Source: Bacilli bacterium (GTDB lineage Bacteria; Bacillota_I; Bacilli_A; ML615J-28; CAG-313). From it: a stretch of DNA of 64,000 bases. A program made the position numbers and the translations under genes. The DNA lies in contig JAZSNL010000016.1 of the NCBI GenBank assembly GCA_045536365.1, positions 46,003 to 110,002 on the forward strand, in the 5' to 3' direction. The notes under the pieces were generated by a model that worked only from the letters and a program-made list of their open reading frames with translations, had not been told where the DNA came from and did no database searches. Shown piece after piece: positions 50,401-59,794 of this stretch; position 1 is the first letter of the stretch; every line of letters starts with the position of its first letter.

Positions 50401-50959
50401 TAACTTCTACTTTTTGGATTTCATGAGAAGTTCTGAAACCATCAAAGAAATGTAAGAAAGGAACACTAGTTTTGATTGCAGATAAGTGTGCAACACCTGC
50501 TAAGTCCATAACTTCTTGAACACTTGATGTAGCTAACATCGCAAAACCAGTTTGACGACAAGCCATAACGTCTTGGTGGTCACCAAAAATTGATAAAGCT
50601 TGTGCAGCAAGAGCTCTTGCAGAAACATGGATAACACCTGGTAATAATTCACCTGCGATTTTATACATGTTAGGTACTTTTAATAGTAAACCTTGGCTGG
50701 CAGTAAATGTAGTAGTTAAAGCACCAGCTTGTAGAGAACCGTGAACTGAACCAGCAGCACCAGCTTCAGATTGCATTTCTACAATTTTAACAGGCATACC
50801 AAATAAATTCTTTTTACCTTTAGAAGCCCATTCTTCAGCATATTCAGCCATTGGAGAAGATGGAGTGATAGGATAAATTCCAGCTACTTCAGTAAAGGCA
50901 TACGCAGCATGTGCAGCCGCTTGATTTCCATCCATTGATTGGAAAACTTTTTTTGACAT
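47414..50959 (-). CDS. nifJ: Pyruvate:ferredoxin (flavodoxin) oxidoreductase, single-polypeptide PFOR
   Basis: 1181 aa with the canonical PFOR N-terminus (GNQAAAHAAYAFTEVAGIYPITPSSPMAE), two 4Fe-4S ferredoxin CxxCxxCxxxCP motifs and a TPP-binding domain. Confidence 0.95.
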   Translation of the reverse strand: MSKKVFQSMDGNQAAAHAAYAFTEVAGIYPITPSSPMAEYAEEWASKGKKNLFGMPVKIVEMQSEAGAAGSVHGSLQAGALTTTFTASQGLLLKVPNMYKIAGELLPGVIHVSARALAAQALSIFGDHQDVMACRQTGFAMLATSSVQEVMDLAGVAHLSAIKTSVPFLHFFDGFRTSHEIQKVEVMDYEVFDKLLDREAVENFRKRALSFEHPVTRGSAQNDDVYFQTREAQNKYYDAVPAVVADYMAKISEVTGRNYAPFVYYGAEDATEVVIAMGSVTETIKQVVDYLNANGRKVGCVTVHLYRPFSTEYLFKVMPSTVQKIAVLDRTKEPGSIGEPLYLDVKSAYYGKENAPLIIGGRYGLSSKDTTPAQMIAVFDHLVGAAFDSFTVGIEDDVTHLSIPVGKEIKLLEGTSELVFYGLGSDGTVGANKNTIKIIGDNTDQYAQAYFAYDSKKSGGVTRSHLRFGPKPINAPYLVNQADFVSCSLESYVEKYDMLSCLKDGGVFLLNTVRSAEELEEHLPNSFKKQLAEKHAKFYIIDAVSLAREIGLGGRTNTILQSAFFKLNEQIMPYSEAQDLMKKYAAKTYGKKGEHIVQLNYNAIDKGAEGLQEVEVKAEWANLEAEVKAVDESRPHFVKTIADPINAIKGYDLPVSAFNGYEDGTMPNGAAAHEKRGTANFVPTWISENCIQCNQCSFVCPHAVIRPFLATEEEMANAPEGTVVINPIGKGFEGLKYSIQISTLDCTGCEVCVNTCPGKKGEKALKMVPIAEALDNKQEKIAKYFFNGVSYKDFLVDKMANPKNSQFAQPLFEFSGACGGCGETPYVKLITQLFGDHMVVANATGCSSIYGGSYPATPYTTNNEGKGPAWANSLFEDNAEFGFGMKVASLALRDQIATIMEEALAEGCCSEQVAGLFTKWLENRNDYQATKEVRDELLPLLEKCGSERAQKLLGLKDHLVKRSQWILGGDGWAYDIGYGGLDHVIANQEDINILVLDTEVYSNTGGQSSKSSPTASIAKFTAAGKNGKKKDLAAIAMSYGHVYVAYVSHGASQLQLLKAMREAEAYPGPSIVIAYSPCINHGLRRGMGKSQEQAKLAVECGYWTLLRFDPRLAEVGQNPLQIDSKEPNWDLYDEYLMSETRYAQLKNINPAAAEELLKKNKEEAQRRYKMYKRYLSMDYSL

Positions 50960-50992
50960 AATTTTATTCCTCCTAGGTTTTATTTCGTTCTT

Positions 50993-51022
50993 ATTATAAC
51001 ATAAACCCCATTTTTTTTCAAA
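50993..51022 (-). promoter_or_regulatory. PFOR promoter: TTGAAA, 17 nt spacer, TATAAT
   Basis: Minus strand reads ttgaaa, aaaaatggggtttatgt, tataat; an AGGAGG RBS lies before the ATG. Confidence 0.45.
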
Positions 51023-51039
51023 TATATTATCTTATAAGT

Positions 51040-51081
51040 TTTTTTTATAAAAAAAGTGAAACTAAACCATATTAGTTTCAC
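51040..51081 (-). terminator. Terminator after the hypothetical membrane protein gene
   Basis: 10-bp stem gtgaaactaa / ttagtttcac with a 6-nt loop, followed by a T-run on the minus strand. Confidence 0.5.
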
Positions 51082-51089
51082 TAATTTAT

Positions 51090-51755
51090 CTATGCCTTTT
51101 TCAAAGATGTATCTGAGAACACTTTCTGCATCAACGCAACCCATAAACTAAACACTATTGACCAAAAAAGAATAGTTAACGCATTTGAATTTTGTGAATT
51201 CAACAACATTGTCAATATCCCTTTTGTGCCTATATTCCCCGCATTATTAATAAAATTAATAGGTATTAAATTTCCAATATTAATTAAACATATCACAAAA
51301 AACGCTGATTCAATTAATCCTAAAAATATTTTTGGTTGATATGTTGTTAAATTACCAAAAATCGATTTAATAAAAATAACAAACAATGTAATAATAAGTA
51401 TTAAATATACTAACAAAATTAAAAATAAAGATAAAGGATTAATCCACAAAGTAAATAATTCATTCATTTTACCGACAAATGTTTTAGATTCTAAAGTTCT
51501 ATATATATCATAATCATATTTTACATAACTGACAAACATTTTCATTAAATCTGTTAAATATATATCGTTTGAAATTTCATAGTCGTTATTTTCTAAATAT
51601 CCACATTCATTTAATGTTTCAATAAATGAACCTTCTGTTAATATTTCTTCACTTTTAATTCGATATACAGGATAAACGAAAACACTTACTAAAGAAATTG
51701 TCATAATAATCAAAATAATAAAACTACAAATTTTTTTAAACATAATTACCTCCAA
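51090..51755 (-). CDS. Hypothetical polytopic membrane protein (221 aa)
   Basis: Hydrophobic ORF with no recognisable domain. Confidence 0.45.
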   Translation of the reverse strand: MEVIMFKKICSFIILIIMTISLVSVFVYPVYRIKSEEILTEGSFIETLNECGYLENNDYEISNDIYLTDLMKMFVSYVKYDYDIYRTLESKTFVGKMNELFTLWINPLSLFLILLVYLILIITLFVIFIKSIFGNLTTYQPKIFLGLIESAFFVICLINIGNLIPINFINNAGNIGTKGILTMLLNSQNSNALTILFWSIVFSLWVALMQKVFSDTSLKKA

Positions 51756-51818
51756 TTTATAATTAGTATTACCATTATTTTTATTTTTATGATATAATTA
51801 TCAAAAAGAGGTGTTGTT

Positions 51819-53462
51819 ATGAAAGCTTTATTAATCGGCATCAACGCAAAATATATACATCCAACAATGTCAATATATCAACTTAAATACAATACTAATT
51901 ATGAGTGTGACATTAAAGAATTTACGATTAAAGAAGGAATTGATAAAATATATTTATCAATTAAAAACTTATTATTAACTAACAATTACGATCTTATCGG
52001 TTTTTCTTGTTACCTTTGGAATATCGAATTAATATGCTCTTTATCAAAAGTTATTAAACAAAATTTTCCTAACATTAAAATACTTTTAGGCGGACCAGAA
52101 GTCTGTTATGAAGCTGATTATTTCTTTAATATTCTTCCTATTGATTACATTATTTTTTCTGAAGGGGAAGAATCTTTCGAATGTTTATTAAAATATTTAG
52201 ACAACTTAATCAGCATTGATAAAGTTCCAAATTTATATTATTTAAGTAATGAAAAAGAATTAAGATATACCTATTCATCTCTTCCTGATTTATCAAAAAT
52301 CAACCTTGCAACACTCCATGTAGAAGATAAAGTTAACCGAATTATATATGTAGAATCTAGTAGAGGATGTCCTTATAATTGTAGTTATTGTGTTGCATCA
52401 TTAGAAAAAAGAGTTCGCTTTTTTAATAAAGAAGAAGTATTTAAAATACTATATGAATTAATGGTATCAAAAGTTAAAACAATAAAATTTTTAGATAGAA
52501 CTTTTAACGCAAATGAAAAATATATGTTAGACATATTAGATTTTATTGAGAAACACAATATCTGTAGTGTATTTCAATTTGAAATTGTTATTGAGAAAAT
52601 GTCTGATGAAACGATAAACAGAATTTTAAATCTAAAAAATTCTCATTTAAGATTTGAAATTGGTATTCAGTCAACAAACAATTTAACTAATGAAACAGTT
52701 GGAAGACATCAAAACTTTGATAAATTACGTGAAAAAACTTTTAAATTAAATCATTGTAATCATGTAGACTTACATCTTGATTTGATTGCTGGATTACCAT
52801 ATGAAGATATATCTTCTTTTAAAAGAAGTTTTAATGAAGCTTTTTTACTTGAAGGAAAAGAATTGCAATTAGGATTCTTAAAATTCTTACGAGGAACAAA
52901 AATGATGGATTACATTAATGAACATAAGTATATTTATGATAAGAAACCTCCTTATGAAATTATTCAAAATAAATATTTATCAAAAGAAGATTTATCTTTA
53001 ACTCACATCATCGAGGATAGTTTAAATTATTATTATAACAATTCAACAAAAGATAATCGACAACGTTTAAAAAAGAGTTTTACTTATTTATTTAACAACA
53101 AACTTATTGACAACCCTTGGAATTTCTTTTTTGAACTATCTAATTATATTCCTAAATCAAAACAATTAAATGATTTATTTATTTCTTTTGATAATTATTT
53201 TAAAGATAAGGATTATTATAATGAAATTCATTATTTTATAATTCAAGACTATCTAGAAAATTATTTAGTTAAACCTACAATATGGTGGGGTAAAAATAAT
53301 TTAATTTCAACGTATCAAGAATTAATATTAAATAATATACCTAGTTTAAATCAACACATTTTATTTAATTATTGTGTTGTTGTGGAAGGTAACAATGAAA
53401 TATATGTTATAAAATATTATAATTATAAACATGATATATATATAATAAAAAAGAGTTCGTAA
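51819..53462 (+). CDS. B12-binding domain radical SAM protein (DUF4080-type)
   Basis: The N-terminal region resembles a B12-binding domain. Radical SAM CxxxCxxC motif SRGCPYNCSYCVAS; 547 aa. Confidence 0.75.
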   Translation: MKALLIGINAKYIHPTMSIYQLKYNTNYECDIKEFTIKEGIDKIYLSIKNLLLTNNYDLIGFSCYLWNIELICSLSKVIKQNFPNIKILLGGPEVCYEADYFFNILPIDYIIFSEGEESFECLLKYLDNLISIDKVPNLYYLSNEKELRYTYSSLPDLSKINLATLHVEDKVNRIIYVESSRGCPYNCSYCVASLEKRVRFFNKEEVFKILYELMVSKVKTIKFLDRTFNANEKYMLDILDFIEKHNICSVFQFEIVIEKMSDETINRILNLKNSHLRFEIGIQSTNNLTNETVGRHQNFDKLREKTFKLNHCNHVDLHLDLIAGLPYEDISSFKRSFNEAFLLEGKELQLGFLKFLRGTKMMDYINEHKYIYDKKPPYEIIQNKYLSKEDLSLTHIIEDSLNYYYNNSTKDNRQRLKKSFTYLFNNKLIDNPWNFFFELSNYIPKSKQLNDLFISFDNYFKDKDYYNEIHYFIIQDYLENYLVKPTIWWGKNNLISTYQELILNNIPSLNQHILFNYCVVVEGNNEIYVIKYYNYKHDIYIIKKSS

Positions 53463-53470
53463 GAACTCTT

Positions 53471-54325
53471 TTATTTTTTTATAAATATTTCTTGATAAAC
53501 ATCCGCTTTTTTAATGTTTCTATCTAATGCAACTTTTTTCATCGCATCTTTAGAATTAAATCCTTGATCAATATAAAATTGATAATGTTCTTTAATGGTT
53601 TTTGAATTTAATTCTTCTTGTATATCAGTAGAAGTAGCTCCTTCAATTATTAAAACCATTTCACCTTTTAATTCATCTACCACTTCTAATATTTCAGAAA
53701 CATGTCCTCTTAAATACTCTTCGTATTTTTTTGTTAATTCACGACATAATACCATATATCTATTTTCAAAAACTTCTAAAATAAATTCTAATGTTTCTTT
53801 TATTCGGTGAGGAGATTCATAGATAATTAAAGTTTCTGTTTTATATTTTAGTTCTTCTAACATTTGTTTTCTTTTTCCAGATCTTGAATTTAAAAAACCA
53901 TGATAATAAAAACTATTAGTAGTTATACCAGAACCAACTAGCGCAGTTATTGAAGCTGATGGACCAGGAACTACAACAACATCAATATCGTTTTCGATCG
54001 CAGAACGAGACGCAAGAAAGCCAGGATCACTTATTAACGGCATCCCTGCATCGCTTACTACCGCAATATTTTTTCCGCTTTTAATTTCCTCTATTAATGG
54101 ATTTGTAAGTTCATTTTCATTAAAAACATGATAGCTCTTAAGCGGTGTCTTTATATTAAAATGAGCTAATAATAATGCGGTAACACGAGTATCTTCACAA
54201 TATATGCTATCAACCATTTTTAAAGTGTCAACTGCTCTAAATGTCATATCATCAAAGTTGCCTATAGGAGTACCTACTAAGTATAATTTAGCTGAATTAT
54301 TTAAGTTCGTCTTTTGTCTTTTCAT
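53471..54325 (-). CDS. rsmI: 16S rRNA (cytidine1402-2'-O)-methyltransferase
   Basis: LYLVGTPIGNFDDMTFRAVDTLKMVDSIYCEDTRVT (tetrapyrrole-methylase-like RsmI); conserved position. Confidence 0.85.
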   Translation of the reverse strand: MKRQKTNLNNSAKLYLVGTPIGNFDDMTFRAVDTLKMVDSIYCEDTRVTALLLAHFNIKTPLKSYHVFNENELTNPLIEEIKSGKNIAVVSDAGMPLISDPGFLASRSAIENDIDVVVVPGPSASITALVGSGITTNSFYYHGFLNSRSGKRKQMLEELKYKTETLIIYESPHRIKETLEFILEVFENRYMVLCRELTKKYEEYLRGHVSEILEVVDELKGEMVLIIEGATSTDIQEELNSKTIKEHYQFYIDQGFNSKDAMKKVALDRNIKKADVYQEIFIKK

Positions 54326-55058
54326 TAGTTTCTCCTTTGAAATTATATACTTTTAATAGTTCTTCGGTAGATTGATTATTTTCATCAGTTATATATAATG
54401 GTTGTAATATTTTTAATTGATTTGGTTTTCCGTTCTTTCGTGTTTCAATTAAAACCAGTTCTGCTTCATCTTTATTAATTGTTGAATATACATATCTAAT
54501 TCTTGTTGGTTCAAGATTATTCTTTTTAAGTATTTCAACTAGTTCAAATAATCTTTCAGGGATATGTACAAATGAAAATGTTCCTCCATCTTTTAGAAGA
54601 TACTTTGCGATTGCAGCAATTTCTTCGAATGTTATTTTTATTTCATGTCTTGCAATAGACTTGTATTCATTATTATTTATATTAAGTTGTTCTTTAAAAT
54701 AAGGAGGATTTGTTAAAACAACATCAAATGATGATGGTAAAAAATGTTTTTTAATATTTTTCATATCATCATGTATCGGTATTATTTGTTCTTCTAAATT
54801 GTTTAATTTAACACTTTCAACAAACATATCATATATATCTTTTTGAATTTCAATTCCATATATTTTTGTATTTGTTCTTAAAGTTAAATATAGAGGTATA
54901 TATCCAGTACCTGTGCCTAAGTCTATAATGTTTTTATCTTTTTGTTTGATAGTAACAAAATCTGCTAATATTGTCGAATCAGTTGAAAAGTTTAAAATAG
55001 AAGGATCAATTATAATTTTTAATCCTTCATATCCTAATAAATTAACTATTTTTTTCAT
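54297..55058 (-). CDS. Methyltransferase small-domain protein (YabB/tRNA m6A37 MTase-like)
   Basis: SAM motif DLGTGTGYIP and the N6-adenine MTase motif TNPPYF. It sits in the yabB position of the tmk-holB-yaaT cluster. Confidence 0.75.
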   Translation of the reverse strand: MKKIVNLLGYEGLKIIIDPSILNFSTDSTILADFVTIKQKDKNIIDLGTGTGYIPLYLTLRTNTKIYGIEIQKDIYDMFVESVKLNNLEEQIIPIHDDMKNIKKHFLPSSFDVVLTNPPYFKEQLNINNNEYKSIARHEIKITFEEIAAIAKYLLKDGGTFSFVHIPERLFELVEILKKNNLEPTRIRYVYSTINKDEAELVLIETRKNGKPNQLKILQPLYITDENNQSTEELLKVYNFKGETNEKTKDELK

Positions 55059-56094
55059 GTTGTTTTGCTTTTTTATGTTTGAAGTGTTTATTTTTATTAT
55101 AAGGTTTTTTCTTATGTTTCTTTTCTTCTGAACGATTTACTTCAACAACATTTGTTTTTGTTTCGATTACTACATTTTCTTCTTCGTTTAAAGGTTCAAC
55201 AATTTGATTTTCTTCTTCTTTAACTTCTTCTGTATTATCTATTATTTCTACTGTAGTTACAACTTCAGTAGTTTCTTTGCCTTTTTTAAGATTTACGACT
55301 TCTACTTTTGAAGCTTCATGAGCTGTTGGCATACCATTAGGATTTTCTTGTGTTCTAACGATTTTCTTAATATAATCAACGCCTACTACTTTACAGCAAT
55401 CACATGTTGGTGTTTTTACATATGTTCCTACACCAGGAATTTCTTTTCTTAATTCCTTATATAATTCGCTTTCATATGCGATACAACACATTAGTTTTCC
55501 ACAAGCTCCGCTGATTTTAGCGTTATTCAAGCTCATAGATTGTTCTTTTGCCATTTTCATAGTTACAAAATCGAATTCTCTTAAATATTTTTGACAACAT
55601 AATACTTGTCCACATGTTCCTATTCCGCCAATAATACGAGCAGCTTCTCTAGGACCAATTTGACGAAGTTCAATTCTTGTTTTGAATTCAGAAGCAAGAA
55701 GTTTTAATAATTCTCTAAAGTCTACGCGATCATCAGATGAATAGTAGAATATAAGTTTAGAATGATCTAATGTGTATTCACAATATAGAGGTTTCATATC
55801 TAAACTTAATTGATTAACATATTTTTTAAAAATAACAAAGTTTTTTTCTGCTTGCTCATTATTTCTTTTTTCATCTTCTAAATCTTTTTTAGTAGCTTTA
55901 CGTAGAATAGGTTTTAATTCGTATTCTATTTGTTCTTCTTCGACATCTCTGTTTCCGATAATAACAAGGCCTAATTCAACACCTCTTACAGTTTCTACTA
56001 CTACGTAGTCACCTTTTTCAAAAGTTGTATTAAGAGGATCAAAATAATATATTCGACCCATTCCTTTAAATTGTATTCCGACTATTGTAATCAT
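55042..56094 (-). CDS. ricT: PSP1 domain regulatory protein RicT/YaaT with a C-terminal Lys-rich tail
   Basis: PSP1 domain with its Cys cluster (CGQVLCCQKY, CGKLMCCIAYE) and a ~90-aa acidic then K/H-rich extension; 350 aa. Confidence 0.8.
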   Translation of the reverse strand: MITIVGIQFKGMGRIYYFDPLNTTFEKGDYVVVETVRGVELGLVIIGNRDVEEEQIEYELKPILRKATKKDLEDEKRNNEQAEKNFVIFKKYVNQLSLDMKPLYCEYTLDHSKLIFYYSSDDRVDFRELLKLLASEFKTRIELRQIGPREAARIIGGIGTCGQVLCCQKYLREFDFVTMKMAKEQSMSLNNAKISGACGKLMCCIAYESELYKELRKEIPGVGTYVKTPTCDCCKVVGVDYIKKIVRTQENPNGMPTAHEASKVEVVNLKKGKETTEVVTTVEIIDNTEEVKEEENQIVEPLNEEENVVIETKTNVVEVNRSEEKKHKKKPYNKNKHFKHKKAKQHEKNS

Positions 56095-56107
56095 AGTCTT
56101 ATACCTC

Positions 56108-57073
56108 CTATAATTCTATAAATAAACTTGTATAGAATAAATCTAAATTAACATTGTAATTAAGACGTTCTTGATATTTATTTATTAATTCTAATTTTCT
56201 TACTATTTCCTGTTGATCAATAGAAGATGTTTTCACATGTGCTAATATATCTTCAAAATAACCATAACTTTGATTAGTTGTTTTCTTATATATTTCTTGA
56301 TATATTAAAATTAATATGTCTAAAAAAGCACGGTGATAAAATTTTTCTGATTGATTTAATAGTAATTCTTTTGATTCAAAGTATTTAACAAAAGGATTTT
56401 TTTCCTGAATATCTTCTTTTACTATTTTTTTAGCTAAATTAAGAATATCAGCTATAATTCCTTCTTCTAAATGTTTATTTATTTCTTTTTCATCAGTTGT
56501 TATAGTTGATAAAACATAAGACATATCAAGACTAATTCCTTTATCTACAAGATTTGTGATAATATATCTTGAAGAAATAGGTTTGAAATGAATTAATTGA
56601 CAACGAGATATTATAGTATCCAACACTTTTCCCTTATTTGTTGTAAGTAAAAAAGTATAGTGATTGTCAATTGGTTCTTCTAAAAACTTTAATAAGGCAT
56701 TACCACCCGAATTATTAAGTTTATCTACATCTTTTACTATTGCGATTTTAGGTCCTGATTCTAAACTTGTCATAGAGAATTCAGTTATTAATTCTTCTAT
56801 TTGTTCTTTTCTTATCATATCGTCAATTGGTTCAATTACTAAAACATTCAAATGACTGTTTGCGGTAACGCGATTACAAGTATTGCAACGCATACAAGGA
56901 CCATTATCTTCATGGCATAATAATTTCATCGCCATATATAAAGCCATTTCATAAGTTCCGCTACCTGTATTTCCTTCAAAAAGATAGGCGTGAACTAATT
57001 TATTCTTTTTATAACTATTTTCTAAAATAGTTAAAATATCTTTTTGATATACTGATAGTTCTGATATTTTCAT
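56108..57073 (-). CDS. holB: DNA polymerase III delta' subunit
   Basis: AAA-like GNTGSGTYEMAL and the zinc module CHEDNGPCMRCNTCNRV; follows tmk. Confidence 0.8.
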   Translation of the reverse strand: MKISELSVYQKDILTILENSYKKNKLVHAYLFEGNTGSGTYEMALYMAMKLLCHEDNGPCMRCNTCNRVTANSHLNVLVIEPIDDMIRKEQIEELITEFSMTSLESGPKIAIVKDVDKLNNSGGNALLKFLEEPIDNHYTFLLTTNKGKVLDTIISRCQLIHFKPISSRYIITNLVDKGISLDMSYVLSTITTDEKEINKHLEEGIIADILNLAKKIVKEDIQEKNPFVKYFESKELLLNQSEKFYHRAFLDILILIYQEIYKKTTNQSYGYFEDILAHVKTSSIDQQEIVRKLELINKYQERLNYNVNLDLFYTSLFIEL

Positions 57074-57075
57074 AT

Positions 57076-57705
57076 TTATTGTTCCTTTACAAAATTCATT
57101 ATTATTTCAACAGCTTGATTACAAACTTCTTCTTTAGAACATTCTCCATTAATAACTTTAATTCTTTGAGGAAATTGTTGTGCAAGATATTGATATCCAC
57201 GATATACTTTTTCTTGGAATGATAATCCTTCTAATTCTAAGCGGTCTAATTCACGGTTATCTAATGATATTCTTGATAGTCCTACCTCAGGTCTAACTTG
57301 AACAAATAAAGTTAAATCAGGAAGTTTTCCTTCTACTGCAAACATATTTAAATTATAAATTTCTTCTATTCCAATATTACGCGCAAGACCTTGATATACA
57401 AGTGAACTATCTAAAAATCTATCACATAATACAATATTTCCTTTTTCAAGAGCAGGTAAAACTGTTTTAATTAAATGTTCTCTTCTACTTGCGGCATATA
57501 ATAAAGCTTCAGTACGGTCATCCATTCCTAGATTTTTAGGATCTAATATTAATGTTCTTATTTTTTCAGCGATTGTACTTCCACCTGGTTCTCTAGTCAA
57601 AGTAACTGTATATCCTGCTTCTTCTAAAATTTGTTTTGCTTTTGCAATAACGCTTGATTTTCCAGATCCATCATTTCCTTCAAATGTTATAAATAAACCT
57701 TTCAT
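57076..57705 (-). CDS. tmk: Thymidylate kinase
   Basis: P-loop FITFEGNDGSGKSS, DRF motif (CDRFLDSSLVYQG) and the LID region. Confidence 0.9.
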   Translation of the reverse strand: MKGLFITFEGNDGSGKSSVIAKAKQILEEAGYTVTLTREPGGSTIAEKIRTLILDPKNLGMDDRTEALLYAASRREHLIKTVLPALEKGNIVLCDRFLDSSLVYQGLARNIGIEEIYNLNMFAVEGKLPDLTLFVQVRPEVGLSRISLDNRELDRLELEGLSFQEKVYRGYQYLAQQFPQRIKVINGECSKEEVCNQAVEIIMNFVKEQ

Positions 57706-57838
57706 AACAAATACCTCTTCTTATGTTTTTATCATTATATATATTATAACACGAATTACTCGTTTCTTAAAGTAAAACGTTATGAAAATTTTTTAATATT
57801 TTTAAAAAAATATACAAATAATATAATGAGGTGATAAA

Positions 57839-58039
57839 ATGAATAAATATTTTAAAAACGGCATTTTTAATAATCTAGGAAAAAAATATTATGAAGATGT
57901 AGAAATAAGTAAAGAATTAGATGAAGAAAAAGAAACGAAGCAAGATAAATTAGATGACGCTGCTTCTTCAGCTTATAACAAAGCTCAACGAAAAAGAAAG
58001 AATAAAGAAAAACAAGTTCAAAATAAAAAAGTAAGATAA
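57839..58039 (+). CDS. Small lysine/glutamate-rich hypothetical protein (66 aa)
   Basis: ORF with a GAGGTGA RBS and an upstream TATAAT, divergent from tmk. The composition is low-complexity, so the call is tentative. Confidence 0.3.
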   Translation: MNKYFKNGIFNNLGKKYYEDVEISKELDEEKETKQDKLDDAASSAYNKAQRKRKNKEKQVQNKKVR

Positions 58040-58052
58040 TATCTTACTTTTT

Positions 58053-58775
58053 TTAATACCATATATTATATAAATATAAGCCTTGTGCAGGAGCAGTCCA
58101 TGGAACAAGCTTTCTATTCTTAGATTCAATAATATTAATAACTTCTTTAGGCTCTATTTTACCTGAACCTACTTTAATCATTAACGCAACAATAATTCTT
58201 ACCATATTATGTAAGAAACCATCACCTATTATCGAGAAAGTTAAAATATTGTTTTCTATTGATAAGTCAAATGATTCAATTGTTCTAATCATATTATCTT
58301 CTTTTTTCTTAGAAAAACTAGTAAAATCATGTGTTCCTATTATATATGTCATAGCTTCCTTTATTTTAGATATATCTAATTTATATGGATAAAAATATTG
58401 ATAATTCGCTTTTAAAGGATCATATTCATTTAGGGATACAATATAGCGATATTCTTTTTTCTTTGCTGAAAGTCTTGCGTGAAAAGTTTCATCTGTAATT
58501 TCCACTTCTTTTATATATATATAAGGAGAAACCCTTTTATTTAGAATTTTCTTTAAAGATTGTGGAGGTATATATATATCTGTATCAAAATGAGCGTATT
58601 GATTTACCGCATGCACTAACGCATCAGTTCTTCCTGCGCCTTTTATCAACACTTCTTTTTTAAATATTAATTTTAAAGCTTCTTCAATAGTACCTTGTAT
58701 TGATACTAATTTAGTCTGTCTTTGAAATCCGTGGAATGTAGTTCCATCATAACTTATTACTAATTTATATCTCAT
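58053..58775 (-). CDS. truA: tRNA pseudouridine(38-40) synthase
   Basis: Catalytic motif GAGRTDALVHA; conserved position after ecfT. Confidence 0.9.
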   Translation of the reverse strand: MRYKLVISYDGTTFHGFQRQTKLVSIQGTIEEALKLIFKKEVLIKGAGRTDALVHAVNQYAHFDTDIYIPPQSLKKILNKRVSPYIYIKEVEITDETFHARLSAKKKEYRYIVSLNEYDPLKANYQYFYPYKLDISKIKEAMTYIIGTHDFTSFSKKKEDNMIRTIESFDLSIENNILTFSIIGDGFLHNMVRIIVALMIKVGSGKIEPKEVINIIESKNRKLVPWTAPAQGLYLYNIWY

Positions 58776-59794
58776 TATAATATACCTCTATTTAGCAAAA
58801 CAGTTACTGTTATTACAGATATCATAATTAGTAATCCAAATGAAATCATCAATATATCTTTAACTGTCATTTTTGAAACATTTATTTTTGTTCTTGGAGC
58901 GCCAGGTATATATCCTCTTGCTTCCATCGCATCGGCAAGGTCAGTTGCACGTTTAATTGAGATAACAAACATTGGAATTAATAATGATATTATTTGTCTA
59001 ATTTGATTACCTAGCTTACCTTCATTAAAATCAGCGCCTCTTGATGCTTGAGCTTTTAAAATTTTATCTGTTTCATTAAATAATGTAGGAATAAATCTTA
59101 ATGATATTGACATCATCATTGCGAAAATGGAAGTTTTTATTTTTAATTTTTCTAAAGGTTTTAATAATCCTTCTATTCCGTTTGCAAGATCAGTAGGCTT
59201 AGTTGTTAATGATAGAATTGTTGATGTTAATATTACTATTAATAGTCTTATTATTAATAGTATTGCCATATATAGACCACTTTGATAAAACTTAATATTG
59301 TACGTAACTAAAGTGTTATCAATAATTGAATATTGTAATATATATATACATGTTATTAATATTATTATGAAAAAGAAAGTTTTAAAAGGTAAATATTTTC
59401 TGATTGAGAAAAATAATATTAATATTCCTATAACAATAATAATATTTAAATATGAGAAATTCATTGTTAATTGATAATATATATCCGGATTGTCTCTATT
59501 TATCAATAATTGAATTACCCCCGCAAATACTGCTATGAAAACCATTTGTTTTAAGCTTTTTAAAAAATTAATAATAGGAACTTTGGTTAATATTATTAAA
59601 GTTAAAACTATTAATCCCATTACGCCTAATATTATATAGCTATATAATATTAAATCTCCTTTAGTAGGAACAACAAATGCTGCTATCATCATTAGTAATG
59701 TAAATACAATTTTTGTTTTAGGATCTAATTTATGTATTATACTATTACCATGATAATATTGACCGAATACCATTTTATCATTCATATCGGTCAC
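58775..59794 (-). CDS. ecfT: Energy-coupling factor transporter transmembrane component
   Basis: CbiQ family: N-terminus FGQYYHGNSIIHKLDPKTK and the C-terminal coupling helices AMEARGY; 339 aa. Confidence 0.8.
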   Translation of the reverse strand: MTDMNDKMVFGQYYHGNSIIHKLDPKTKIVFTLLMMIAAFVVPTKGDLILYSYIILGVMGLIVLTLIILTKVPIINFLKSLKQMVFIAVFAGVIQLLINRDNPDIYYQLTMNFSYLNIIIVIGILILFFSIRKYLPFKTFFFIIILITCIYILQYSIIDNTLVTYNIKFYQSGLYMAILLIIRLLIVILTSTILSLTTKPTDLANGIEGLLKPLEKLKIKTSIFAMMMSISLRFIPTLFNETDKILKAQASRGADFNEGKLGNQIRQIISLLIPMFVISIKRATDLADAMEARGYIPGAPRTKINVSKMTVKDILMISFGLLIMISVITVTVLLNRGIL

